Positions 43,639 through 53,198 of a stretch of 64,000 nucleotides of DNA are shown here, piece after piece (position 1 is the first letter of the stretch; each line of letters opens with the position of its first letter). Source of the stretch: Clostridia bacterium (GTDB lineage: Bacteria > Bacillota > Clostridia > Christensenellales > CAG-138); contig JAEDIC010000001.1 in the NCBI GenBank assembly GCA_016292635.1, positions 3,275 to 67,274 of the forward strand, given 5' to 3'. The position numbers were made by a program, and so were the translations under genes. The notes beneath the pieces are model-generated. The model saw only the letters and a program-made list of their open reading frames with translations. It searched no databases and had not been told where the DNA came from.

Positions 43639-43683
43639 CAGGGCGCAAGCGCACATAAAGCGCCTGCCGGCTTGCGCTTTTTA
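43639..43683 (+). terminator. intrinsic terminator after tupC
   Basis: GCGCAAGC...GCTTGCGC followed by TTTTTA. Confidence 0.65.
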
Positions 43684-43749
43684 CCCGCCGCCCTTAAGCA
43701 GGGCTATATCTCTTACTTTACAACTGGACTTGCATCCCTCTGCGCAAGC

Positions 43750-43882
43750 AAAATCATGGCTCCCTTGTGTAAAGGGAGCCGTCTTTTGCCCAGGGCAAAA
43801 GACCGAGGGATTGTCGCTGTTACACAATCCCCCCGCAAAAACCTTTGATTCCGCTTCCCCCTTTACACAAAGGGGGCTTTTA
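43750..43882 (-). repeat. four-hairpin intergenic repeat element, copy B (inverted relative to copy A)
   Basis: The reverse complement aligns along its length with 31671-31805. The GGCTCCCTTTACACAAGGGAGCC hairpin is identical in both copies. Confidence 0.85.
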
Positions 43883-43982
43883 TATGTACGCGTTATCATG
43901 CCCGGCACATGGCTGCGGAGGAATCTTTTCCGGGAATATAAGCCCGGCGGCGCTCAACCGATATACCCTGGGCAAAACACGC

Positions 43983-44043
43983 ATAATAAACCGCCCCGTT
44001 TACAGACACAGGCCCTTTGTCGTGCTCGTCTGATAAACGGGGT
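43983..44043 (-). terminator. long-stem intrinsic terminator after nfnB
   Basis: Minus strand reads CCCCGTTTATCAGAC...GTCTGTAAACGGGG followed by CGGTTTATTAT. Confidence 0.6.
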
Positions 44044-44098
44044 AAAGTTTAAATCCTTCTTCTCTTTTAACAGGTATTATTTATCCTTTGCCGCGGCC

Positions 44099-45487
44099 TT
44101 ACGCCCTGGCGCGGATGGCCTCATCTATTGCCTTTGCGGCGGTCTTGCCGGCGCCCATGGCAAGGATAACGGTGGCGGCGCCGGTAACGGCATCGCCGCC
44201 TGCGTAAACGCCCTCGCGGGAAGTAAGACCATCTTCGTTTACCACGATGCAGCCCTTTCTGTTGAACTCAAGGCCCTTGGTGGTGTCCTTGATGAGGGGG
44301 TTGGGGCTTGTGCCCAAGGCCATGATAACGCAGTCCACGTCAATGTCAAACTCGCTGCCGGGTATCTCGATAGGGCGGCGGCGCCCGGAGGCATCCGGCT
44401 CGCCCAGCTCCATCCTTATGCAGCGAACCCTGTTTACATCGTCGTTTTCATCGGCAAATATCTCAACAGGATTGTGGAGGGTCTTGAAGATGATGCCCTC
44501 CTCCTCTGCGTGCTCAACCTCCTCCTTGCGGGCAGGAAGCTCCTCCATGCCCCGGCGGTATACGATGTATACCTCCGCCCCAAGGCGCTTTGCGCAACGA
44601 GCCGCGTCCATTGCCACATTGCCGCCGCCCACTACCGCTACAGTCCTGGGGCGCTGTATGGGGGTATCGGATTCCGGCAGATACGCCTTCATCAGGTTGA
44701 TGCGGGTAAGGAACTCATTGGCGGAATATACGCCCCGATAATTGATTCCGGGAATGTCCATAAACATGGGCAGGCCTGCGCCGGAGCCGATAAACACAGC
44801 CTCAAAGCCATACTCGTCCTGAAGCTCGTCTATGGTGATGGTGCGGCCGATTACCGTATCCGTGGCGATGGTAACGCCCAGAGCCTTAAGGCCTTCAACC
44901 TCCTTTTGAACTATCGCCTTGGGCAGGCGAAACTCGGGGATGCCGTATACCAGTACGCCGCCCGCAAGATGCAGCGCCTCAAATACCGTTACCTCATAGC
45001 CCAGCCTCGCAAGGTCTCCTGCGCAGGTAAGGCCGGCGGGACCGGAGCCCACCACAGCCACCTTGTGACCGTTGGATTCGGGCTTTTCGGGCAGCTCTTT
45101 GTTATTGTCGTTGTGCCAGTCCGCAACAAAGCGCTCCAGACGACCAATGCCGACGGGCTCGCCCTTTATTCCGCGAACGCAGTATTTTTCGCACTGGGAT
45201 TCCTGGGGGCATACTCGTCCGCATACGGCGGGCAGCGCGGAGGTTTTGGCGATTATCTGATAGGCTTCCTCAAAATTGCCTGCGGCTATCTGGGCTATGA
45301 ACTCGGGAATGTGTACCATTACCGGGCAGCCTTTCATGCAGAAGGGATTCTTGCAGTTAAGGCAGCGCTGCGCCTCGTCTATGGCCTGCTCTTTGGTGTA
45401 GCCCAGAGCTACCTCGTCAAAGTTTTTATTGCGAACCTGGGGATCCTGAGAAGGCATGGGGTTCTTGGCAAGGGACATATTTGGCAT
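44099..45487 (-). CDS. nfnB: NfnB-type NADPH-dependent oxidoreductase (glutamate synthase small-subunit GltD family)
   Basis: 462 aa. Two N-terminal Fe-S Cys clusters (CLNCKNPFCMKGCP, CGRVCPQESQCEKYC) and two Rossmann motifs (VAVVGSGPAGL, VAVVGGGNVAMD). It is paired with an NfnA-like gene 1 nt upstream. Confidence 0.85.
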   Translation of the reverse strand: MPNMSLAKNPMPSQDPQVRNKNFDEVALGYTKEQAIDEAQRCLNCKNPFCMKGCPVMVHIPEFIAQIAAGNFEEAYQIIAKTSALPAVCGRVCPQESQCEKYCVRGIKGEPVGIGRLERFVADWHNDNNKELPEKPESNGHKVAVVGSGPAGLTCAGDLARLGYEVTVFEALHLAGGVLVYGIPEFRLPKAIVQKEVEGLKALGVTIATDTVIGRTITIDELQDEYGFEAVFIGSGAGLPMFMDIPGINYRGVYSANEFLTRINLMKAYLPESDTPIQRPRTVAVVGGGNVAMDAARCAKRLGAEVYIVYRRGMEELPARKEEVEHAEEEGIIFKTLHNPVEIFADENDDVNRVRCIRMELGEPDASGRRRPIEIPGSEFDIDVDCVIMALGTSPNPLIKDTTKGLEFNRKGCIVVNEDGLTSREGVYAGGDAVTGAATVILAMGAGKTAAKAIDEAIRARA

Positions 45488-45488
45488 A

Positions 45489-46331
45489 TTACTGCGCCTC
45501 CTTCTTCAGCAGATTGCAGGTTTCTTCGTATTTATGCTTTTCAAATTCGGAATACATCTGGTTGCGCTTTACCGCAATGTTCCAATCCACCTTATGCCCG
45601 TCAAAATCAGGCCCATCCACGCAGGCAAACTTCGTCTCTCCGCCCACGCTCAGGCGGCAGCCGCCGCACATGCCGGTTCCGTCTATCATTATGGGGCTCA
45701 TGGACACTGTGGTGGGGATGCCGTAAGGCTCGGTGGTCTTGCTGACGAATTTCATCATTACCATGGGGCCGATGGCGAATACCTCGTCATATTTATTCCC
45801 TGCGTCGATAAGCTCCTTGAGCGCCTCGGTAACAAGGCCTTTGCGCCCGTAAGAGCCGTCGTCGGTGCATACCACCAGCACATCGCTGGCAGCCCTGAAC
45901 TCCTCTTCAAGTATTAGCAGCTCCTTGCTGCGGAAACCGATGATGGCGTGTACCTCCGCGCCGTCGTCGTGGAATTTTTTAAGAACGGGATACGCAATGG
46001 CGCAGCCTACGCCGCCGCCCACAACAGCCACCTTTTTGCGTCCCTCGGTTTCCGTCGCCTTGCCGAGAGGGCCTACGAAATCCTGCAGGCAATCGCCCTG
46101 GTTCAGCATGGCCAGCTTGGCGGTGGTGGCGCCTATGGTCTGCACTATTATTGTTACGGTACCCTTTTCAATATCATAATCGTGGATGGTGATGGGGATA
46201 CGCTCTCCGTTTTCATCTACCCTGAGTATTATAAACTGACCGGGCTGAGCCTTTTTTGCTATCAGCGGAGCCTCGATCTCATATAGAGTCACGGCAGGCT
46301 GAAGTGCTTCTTTTCTTACAATGCGAAACAT
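45489..46331 (-). CDS. nfnA: NfnA-type FAD/NAD-binding ferredoxin-NADP reductase-like subunit
   Basis: 280 aa. RIPITIHDY, VAVVGGGVGCAIAYP and the C-terminal 2Fe-2S loop MIDGTGMCGGCRL. Confidence 0.85.
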   Translation of the reverse strand: MFRIVRKEALQPAVTLYEIEAPLIAKKAQPGQFIILRVDENGERIPITIHDYDIEKGTVTIIVQTIGATTAKLAMLNQGDCLQDFVGPLGKATETEGRKKVAVVGGGVGCAIAYPVLKKFHDDGAEVHAIIGFRSKELLILEEEFRAASDVLVVCTDDGSYGRKGLVTEALKELIDAGNKYDEVFAIGPMVMMKFVSKTTEPYGIPTTVSMSPIMIDGTGMCGGCRLSVGGETKFACVDGPDFDGHKVDWNIAVKRNQMYSEFEKHKYEETCNLLKKEAQ

Positions 46332-46426
46332 ATTCCCTCCTGTTTAATGATAAAATAAGCTGTTTAAGCATTCCGTATTCATTGCTGCCCAAAAGCCGAT
46401 TATTTACTGTGGCCCCGGGTCCATAT

Positions 46427-46976
46427 TCAGGCCCAGGGCTGATCCTTTGTGAAAGCCACAGGCGTTCCAGCCGCCATCAGCAAGTCACCCTTTACATACC
46501 TGGATTCATCGCCGGCAAGGGACAGGGCAGCGTTTGCGATTTCCCCCGCTTTCGCCGGGTTCCTGAGCGCAGCCCATCACGCTTTTGACTCTGCCGGGGT
46601 ACGCCCACGGAGCCGCTTATCCGGGTCTTTATTCCGCCGGGAGCAATAACGCTTCAGCGGACGCCCGGGACGTATGCATAAAGGCGGTTTTCTTTGAGAC
46701 GGGCGCTATTGCCGCCTTGGAGCCGCAGTATATTGCGCCTGCGCGGGTATGCGTTGCGCCTGCAGAGGCGACGTTTATGACATTTCCGCCGCCCTGCTCA
46801 AGGAATACCTTTACGGCGCTGCCCATGGCATACACAGGGACAAAGGTATTGAACCGGAATACCCGTTCCGTCTTTTTGTTTATGATCTCCCCTATGTGGG
46901 ACATATCGTCCATGACGCACGAATTGTTTATGAGCGCATCCGGTCTGCCGAATTCCCTGACGGCAAGCAGCATCAA
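46427..46976 (-). pseudogene. decayed short-chain dehydrogenase/reductase (SDR) gene
   Basis: Three different minus-strand frames carry consecutive SDR segments. The first is FGRPDALINNS...NVASAGA...AIYCGSKAAI, which includes the Y-x-x-x-K motif. The second is GVR*SVIAPGGIKT, with an in-frame TGA. The third is PAKAGEIANAALSLAGDESRYVKGDLLMAAG, ending at a stop at 46427. A possible degraded N-terminus extends to about 47224. Confidence 0.6.
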
Positions 46977-47600
46977 TTGATTTTATCACAGCGAGCCATC
47001 ATTGTATATATCGCATTCCCTTTTGTCTTCCCTTTCACATATCTGCAAATAATTGGGCGTAAATAATAATCCCCATAGCGTAAAGCCGCGAATCTGCGGC
47101 GGGGATATTCTATTTCTCCATTGGTCGAAGGAACCGCTCCGACAATTTTCCCAATGGCATATTCATTTGATCGTCCGTCGTCCCGCTTCTTCGCGGTTTC
47201 GCAATGGCAACACTTATATTCCATTGTTTCCCCCTGCTTGCGTATCGTCCCAAGGCGAGGTTCCAGTCCTTTTAAGATATTAATTTAAAGATATGTATTC
47301 ATTTGGTGTTTAATTTTTAAATATACATTTCCCCATGGGAACGCTCCGCAAAAGGCCGCAATCCCTCCCTTTGGCAATAGTGTGGAGCAAAGGATAAAGT
47401 ACCCGATTTCCCGCCATTTTTGCCAGCCGCATACGGTATATTCTTCCTTGAAAAAACAATGTTGACTTTGGTTATTTTTATGCATTATAATGTCCTTGGA
47501 TCTAATCATCTTTCCATATTATATTTTACAATGTGCCCTGACCGACCATTGTAAAATTCCATCATCCAATCTTTACTATATTCTAACGGAGATACCTCCC

Positions 47601-48380
47601 ATGAATAAGACCACCCGTATAATTAAGCAGGTAATACTGTGTACTCTGGCCTTTGCCTCGCTATGGGCATATTCTGCGCCTGCCTTTGCGGCGTCGGATC
47701 ATAACTATACGCAAAACTGGGCAGAATCCGCTGTGTTTTATACCTCTCCCTGTGATGAGACTGAGGCCTTCCTCATGACAGATGAAGAGTTTTTATTCCA
47801 CAGAATAAATCTGGAAAACAGGCTGGTATGCGCTTACAGCGTTTTCCTCGGCAGCCTTGAGGGCGACCGTAAGGAAGCGCTGAAATCCGCTCAAAAAGCC
47901 TGGCTTGACTGCTATTATGCTTATGTTGCTGCCCTTGAGCAGCTATGGCTTGAACCGGTAAAGATCCACTTTGCCGTTACCGGTCACGAGCGCCGCACAA
48001 ACGTATATCGCGAGCTGGTGCTGCTGCTGCTTACAAACCGAATAACCGACCTTGAAGAATGGAATATGGGCCGTATGGTTTCAATGGATGAGGGTCTGCT
48101 TGAGCAGAAAACAGAAGAACTCAATGAGATGCGCCGCCAGCTTCAAATAGACATGGGCCTGTGCAATTACGTTATTCAGGAAGAATACCGCCTTAAAATA
48201 ATGGACTCACATAAAAAATTCTTTATATTTTTCGATAAGAATCAGGAATTTGTTTCCCTCCTTACGGACGACCCCTCCGTCATCACTGGCGAGGGCCTTC
48301 TCCAACTGGACCGTATGACCTACATGACGGGCGTACACTATGAGGGCTGCCGTTTTTTCCGCAGAGAAAGGGAAGAATAG
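47601..48380 (+). CDS. secreted hypothetical protein (possible DUF1311/LprI-like segment)
   Basis: Start is MNKTTRIIKQ at 47601. Signal peptide ends AYSAPAFAAS. AQKAWLDCYYAYV weakly recalls DUF1311. Composition looks lower in GC than the flanks. Confidence 0.55.
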   Translation: MNKTTRIIKQVILCTLAFASLWAYSAPAFAASDHNYTQNWAESAVFYTSPCDETEAFLMTDEEFLFHRINLENRLVCAYSVFLGSLEGDRKEALKSAQKAWLDCYYAYVAALEQLWLEPVKIHFAVTGHERRTNVYRELVLLLLTNRITDLEEWNMGRMVSMDEGLLEQKTEELNEMRRQLQIDMGLCNYVIQEEYRLKIMDSHKKFFIFFDKNQEFVSLLTDDPSVITGEGLLQLDRMTYMTGVHYEGCRFFRREREE

Positions 48381-48473
48381 ACCCCTCCCTTACATCGTTT
48401 AGCTTTGGGTGCTGCGCCAATGGGGATAAGCGCATAGCCCATTTAAAAAAAATAAAAGAAAGGTAATAACCCA

Positions 48474-50330
48474 ATGAAGAAGATTCTGTCTCTAACCCTG
48501 GTTCTGGCAATGGCGCTGTCTCTTGCGGCATGTGCGGCTCCCGTTGAGGAAACCGTTCCCGCGGAGGAGGTACCTGCCGAGGCTCCCGCAGAACCCGAAG
48601 TTGACTCTCAGGCCATACTGGCCGAACTTAAGACGCCCGCTGAGGAAAGCAACTGGGAACGTACCACCTCCTCACAGGAAGTGATCGATTTCCTTGAAAT
48701 TGTGGCAGAGCATAGCGGCGGCCGTATCATTCTGGATACCACCACTTTTGCAACTGAATTCGGCACTCCCATTCCTTACATGATCGTTAGCGACGTGGCC
48801 CCCTCCACCCCCGCTGATGTTCCCGAAGATAAGGGAGTGGTATATGTAAACGCCAATATCCACTCCGGAGAAATTGAGGGTAAGGAAGCAATGCTGATCT
48901 TTGCCCGTGAAGTTGCGCAGGGTATGCACGACGAGCTGCTGAAGGATCTGGTGGTTATTATCGTTCCCAACAACAGCCCCGACGGCAACGACGCTCTTGA
49001 CAAGAACCGTATCAATACCCAGTTCACCCCTAAACTGGTCGGTACCCGTCCCGAGGGCAACGGTTTCAACATCAACCGCGACATGACCAAGCTGGAGACC
49101 GCCTGCGCTCGCACCATCGTTCAGCTGATGAATGACTGGAACCCCATCCTCTTCATCGACTGCCATGCAACCGACGGCAGCTATATGCGTCATGCCGTAA
49201 CCTATAACTGGGGTCTCAACGCCGGTACCGATGCTGAGCTCCTCGCTTACAACCGGGATGTATTCTGCTCCCGCGCTCTGCGTGAAGGCTCCTACCTGGC
49301 CTCCAAGGGCAAGGTAGCCGTTCCTTACGGCAACTGGGGCTTCTACTACAGCGGCATCGTTGAAGAAGGCTGGCGTACCTTTGAAGACTACGCCCGCTAT
49401 ACCACCAACTACGCGGGCCTGCGCAACCGTCTGGCGTTGCTGCTTGAAGTATACTCCTATGATGAGTTCTCCGTCCGCGTTGACACCCAGTATGAGTGCG
49501 TTTACGGCGCTCTGCAGGTTGTAGCGCAGGATAAGGACGAGATCAAAGCCATGATTGCCGCAGCCGATGCCCGCTCCGAAGCCCGCGCCACCGATGGCAT
49601 CGACCCCGAGACCGACATCGTTGCCCTGAACTCCGAAATGACCCCCATGCCCTTCGAAGGCAAGGACACCCTCACCGTTCTCTCCTATGAGACCGATGAA
49701 AACGGCCTGGTAATCGGCGAGCGTCTGTATGACGACGAAGGCGATCCCTACGCAATCGAGCACGGCGAGCCCGTTGACTACGAGACCGAGTACTGGGGAA
49801 CCTTTATCCCCACCGATGTTGAGACCATGGGCGCATATTACCTCATCGATCAGGACTGCGCAGAGTTTATTGAGCTCATGCAGTTCCATGGCGTTGAAAT
49901 GACCCAGCTTACAGAAGACCTTACCCTCAGCGGCGATAAGTATCTCCACTTCGGCATTGAATCCTACACCAGCGGCGGCGCCGTTATCGACGGCAAAGAG
50001 CGCAAAGAATACGAAGGCCACTATCAGACCCTCGTGACCGGTGAGTGGGAAGAAGGCGACAAGGAAATCGTGATCCCCGCCGGCACCTATGTAATATCCA
50101 CTGCCCAGCGCTTCGGCTCCTTCGCAGCCCTTATGTGCGAGCCTGCAGCAGTTGACGGCGGCGTAGCCTGGAACTTCTTCGATAACTACTTTGATGCCAA
50201 GGAAGGCACCTTCCGCGCCAACTACAGCAACAACGTTATCGCTGCAGCCGGTTCCGAAAACGAACGTGAGGAGCAGGTATGCATCCCCATCCTCAAGATC
50301 CCCGCTTTCGATACCATCACCATCGGTTAA
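48474..50330 (+). CDS. M14-family zinc carboxypeptidase-like lipoprotein
   Basis: 618 aa. Lipobox LSLAAC and an acidic/Pro-rich linker. Zinc motif NANIHSGEIEG (HxxE) and a later IDCHATDG His. Confidence 0.75.
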   Translation: MKKILSLTLVLAMALSLAACAAPVEETVPAEEVPAEAPAEPEVDSQAILAELKTPAEESNWERTTSSQEVIDFLEIVAEHSGGRIILDTTTFATEFGTPIPYMIVSDVAPSTPADVPEDKGVVYVNANIHSGEIEGKEAMLIFAREVAQGMHDELLKDLVVIIVPNNSPDGNDALDKNRINTQFTPKLVGTRPEGNGFNINRDMTKLETACARTIVQLMNDWNPILFIDCHATDGSYMRHAVTYNWGLNAGTDAELLAYNRDVFCSRALREGSYLASKGKVAVPYGNWGFYYSGIVEEGWRTFEDYARYTTNYAGLRNRLALLLEVYSYDEFSVRVDTQYECVYGALQVVAQDKDEIKAMIAAADARSEARATDGIDPETDIVALNSEMTPMPFEGKDTLTVLSYETDENGLVIGERLYDDEGDPYAIEHGEPVDYETEYWGTFIPTDVETMGAYYLIDQDCAEFIELMQFHGVEMTQLTEDLTLSGDKYLHFGIESYTSGGAVIDGKERKEYEGHYQTLVTGEWEEGDKEIVIPAGTYVISTAQRFGSFAALMCEPAAVDGGVAWNFFDNYFDAKEGTFRANYSNNVIAAAGSENEREEQVCIPILKIPAFDTITIG

Positions 50331-50371
50331 ACAGATCCTGAACCCTTGAACCGGGAAAACGAAAAAAAACG

Positions 50372-50402
50372 GCACATATCCCTTTGGATATGTGCTGTTT
50401 TT
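50372..50402 (+). terminator. intrinsic terminator after the M14 peptidase gene
   Basis: GCACATATCC-cttt-GGATATGTGC followed by TGTTTTT. Confidence 0.8.
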
Positions 50403-50670
50403 GCAGTATGGGGCTTTTCCCTTGCAAAACCGCATAGCCGGGAGCCCATTCGAAATCATCCGGAAAGCCTTAGCCGAGCTTCCCTGTCGCCGCAGGATCA
50501 GACTTTTCCGCAATGTACAGCGCCAGACTGCGACGGCTGCATGACGGCATAATTTACAAACGAGAACAGGTTAAGCCTGCCAGATATGGTAACAAGCTCT
50601 ACGCCTGCGCATAACTCAAATATCCCCCCGAAGCTTTACGGGGGGATGAAGCCGTGTAGGTTATTTGGCT

Positions 50671-51735
50671 TTATAGCTTATATATACCTTTTTCCATTAT
50701 CATCTTGCCATCCACATATACGGCGCCCTCATGTCTGAGGTCTTTGACGATATCCCAGTGGAGCGCGGAATCATTTAAGCCGCCGCATTTAGGATAGCCG
50801 CGGCCCATTGCCAAATGTATGGTGCCGCCGATTTTTTCGTCGTAAAGTATATCGTAGCAATAGCGGTTGATGCCGCTGTTGAGGCCTATTCCGAATTCGC
50901 CTACTCGGCAGGCGCCCTCATCCATGTGAAGAATAGTATCCAGGAATTCGCCTTCAGTTTCGGAAGAATAATCAATCAGCTTTCCGTTTTCAAATCTCAG
51001 CCTTATTCCCTGAATCACCTTGCCTGCGTATACTCCGGGGAATTCAAAGTAAATATGACCGTTTATACTGTCCTCAACGGGCGAGGTAAACAGCTCTCCA
51101 TCCGGCATATTGCAGTGACCGTCGGCTATCTCATACTCTCTGCCCTTTGTAGAGAAGGTGATATCCGTTTCCTTGCCTGTGATGCGCACGGTAGTACCGG
51201 AAGTATACAGTTTCTTGATTTTTTCAAGATATTCCAGCTGAGAGTTCCAGTCCACCAACGTAGACGCAAAATAGAAATCCATCATATCGTCCAAAGGCAT
51301 GTTGGCCTGCTGCGCAAAGGATTCATTCGGCACTCTGGACAATACCCAACGGGTACGGTTTCGTCTTGCGGATATCACTCCCATGGAATGCTTGTGAAGC
51401 GACAGTACGTCTGAAGGTATGCCGTCAAATTCGGCCGGATTGCGGGCGCCGCGCAGGCCGATATAACAGTCTGCCCAGTCCATGCCCGCAAGGTGCATAT
51501 CGTTTACCCATTCCACCTGCTCTTTGCTGCCCAGCGTCATTATGTCTTTTTCCAAATATGCCGACTGAAACTCAATAAACGGCAGACCTCCGACGCGAAC
51601 CGCCTCCTGATAGCAGGCCCTGGCGAGAGGCCATGTTTCGATCTCCATCATTGTTATCAGCAGCTTCTCGCCCTTTTTAAGGCCTACAGAATAGTTCACC
51701 AACACCTTTGCAAGCTCACTCCATCTTTTATCCAT
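50671..51735 (-). CDS. M29-family aminopeptidase (AmpS/PepS-like)
   Basis: 354 aa. MDKRWSELAKVLVNYSVGLKKGEKLLI start and GGTIHLAMGRGYP metal-site region are typical of M29 thermophilic-metalloprotease-family aminopeptidases. Confidence 0.8.
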   Translation of the reverse strand: MDKRWSELAKVLVNYSVGLKKGEKLLITMMEIETWPLARACYQEAVRVGGLPFIEFQSAYLEKDIMTLGSKEQVEWVNDMHLAGMDWADCYIGLRGARNPAEFDGIPSDVLSLHKHSMGVISARRNRTRWVLSRVPNESFAQQANMPLDDMMDFYFASTLVDWNSQLEYLEKIKKLYTSGTTVRITGKETDITFSTKGREYEIADGHCNMPDGELFTSPVEDSINGHIYFEFPGVYAGKVIQGIRLRFENGKLIDYSSETEGEFLDTILHMDEGACRVGEFGIGLNSGINRYCYDILYDEKIGGTIHLAMGRGYPKCGGLNDSALHWDIVKDLRHEGAVYVDGKMIMEKGIYKL

Positions 51736-51753
51736 AGCCTGTACCTCTTTCGC

Positions 51754-52710
51754 TTATTTGGTGTTCCAGTTGATTAGCTTCTGTACCATCCGCCTGCTCA
51801 TATGGTCCGGATCCATCATGCCTGCTACGCTGCCGGTGGAGATAACGCCGTTTTCAGTGATTATTCCGCTAATAAGTTTGGGCGGTATCAGCTCAAAGGA
51901 AACGTTAGCTATCCTGCATCCCTCGGGAACAGCCATATCAGATACCTCGTCTGAAGGCCTGGAGCTATCCTTGAGAGGAAAGCCCAGCATGGATAGCAGG
52001 TCAAACTTACTGGTATCCGCCGCCACATAGAAGGGAACGGAAAATTCCTGGCAGGCCAGCGCGGCAAGGTATGAGCCCATCTTTGCATATACCTGACCGA
52101 TTGAAGTAATGGCATCGGCGCCTATTATGAAAATATCGGACTTGGGCAGCAGGTCAGTAATTGCGGCATCGGTGCCGAGGGTTACCGGGAAGCCCAGTTC
52201 AGCCACCTCTTTAAAAGTGCGGTAGCCTTCATTATGCGGCCTTGCTTCATGGCAGGTGACGGAGATATGCTTGCCTGCGTCCTTTACCTTTTGCAGTATG
52301 GACATTACAGAGCCGCTTGTGGAAAAGGTGGAAAACTTAGCGCCGTCGGGCACCATTTTTTCGCCTACCTCGCCTATGCGGTCAAGGCAGGAAGCCTGCT
52401 CTTTTCTGCGCTTTTCCAGCATTTCACAGGCTTTGTCCACAGTTTCTTCGACGGAAAGGCCGATGTTTTCGTTTTCTTCTACAAAGCTCATGCAGATATT
52501 TAGCAGGTTTATGAGTGGCAGTATGGGGCTGCACACCTCAAGGGTAGCGTCTACGTTGTGCTCAATGTTTTTGAATACATCCTCAGCGGAGGCAAACTTT
52601 CCTGAGCGCAGTTCATTTACATAGCAAAGTATGGCGTCATCCACCAGCTCCGCACTTCCACCATAAGCATCCTTGCTTACTTTCATTGTGAATTCATCGA
52701 TTAACAGCAT
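51754..52710 (-). CDS. eIF-2B alpha/beta/delta family protein (sugar-phosphate isomerase-like), paralog 1
   Basis: 318 aa. TFSTSGSVMSIL, CHEARPHNEGYRT, IIGADAITSIGQVYAKMGSYLAALAC and FYVAADTSKFD follow the IF-2B/MtnA/ribose-1,5-bisphosphate isomerase family pattern. Confidence 0.7.
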   Translation of the reverse strand: MLLIDEFTMKVSKDAYGGSAELVDDAILCYVNELRSGKFASAEDVFKNIEHNVDATLEVCSPILPLINLLNICMSFVEENENIGLSVEETVDKACEMLEKRRKEQASCLDRIGEVGEKMVPDGAKFSTFSTSGSVMSILQKVKDAGKHISVTCHEARPHNEGYRTFKEVAELGFPVTLGTDAAITDLLPKSDIFIIGADAITSIGQVYAKMGSYLAALACQEFSVPFYVAADTSKFDLLSMLGFPLKDSSRPSDEVSDMAVPEGCRIANVSFELIPPKLISGIITENGVISTGSVAGMMDPDHMSRRMVQKLINWNTK

Positions 52711-52736
52711 ATATACCCTCCTGTTTTATAATGTTT

Positions 52737-53198
52737 CTACTTTTCCATGCACCACATTATGGCATCCACTATTTTCTGATATCCGGTACAGCGGCATAGA
52801 TTCCCCTCGATAGCTCTTCGCACCTCCTGCGGCGTTCGGCATTTTTTCTGGCGCAGTATTGACACTCCCGTCATTACCATGCCAGGCGTGCAGTAGCCGC
52901 ATTGCGCAGCTCCAAAGGCCGCCAGAGCCTTCATCATTTTCTCGGCTGTGGGGTCTCCTCGCAGTCCTTCTATAGTAGTAACTTCGTGACCGTTTAAGCT
53001 GCAAACAGCCACCAGGCAAGAATTGACCGTTTTACCGTCCAGCATTACCGTGCACGCCCCGCACTCTCCTTCCCTGCAGGATTCTTTTGTACCTGTAAGG
53101 TGCAGCTTATCCCGCAAGAGGTCTATCAGCATCATCTGGGACGGTACGTCTACCGATATATGATTACCATTCAGTATAAACTGTACATTCTGCATCAT
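52737..53198 (-). CDS. [2Fe-2S]-binding small subunit of a xanthine dehydrogenase-family molybdoenzyme
   Basis: 153 aa. CREGECGACTV and CGYCTPGMVM...CRCTGY clusters. Confidence 0.9.
   Translation of the reverse strand: MMQNVQFILNGNHISVDVPSQMMLIDLLRDKLHLTGTKESCREGECGACTVMLDGKTVNSCLVAVCSLNGHEVTTIEGLRGDPTAEKMMKALAAFGAAQCGYCTPGMVMTGVSILRQKKCRTPQEVRRAIEGNLCRCTGYQKIVDAIMWCMEK

Noticed and set aside
46973-47224. 83-aa ORF as an intact small gene or the N-terminus of the SDR.
   Set aside because: It shows only vague resemblance to an SDR Rossmann start (GKIVGAVPSTNGEI lacks the Gly-rich motif). It probably belongs to the same decayed pseudogene, but I cannot support exact boundaries, so only 46427-46976 is annotated.
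50403-50617. Possible gene remnant or sRNA between the M14 peptidase terminator and the M29 peptidase terminator.
   Set aside because: Translations in all frames are short and unrecognisable, and no promoter or terminator pair delimits a discrete transcript. There is not enough evidence to call anything.
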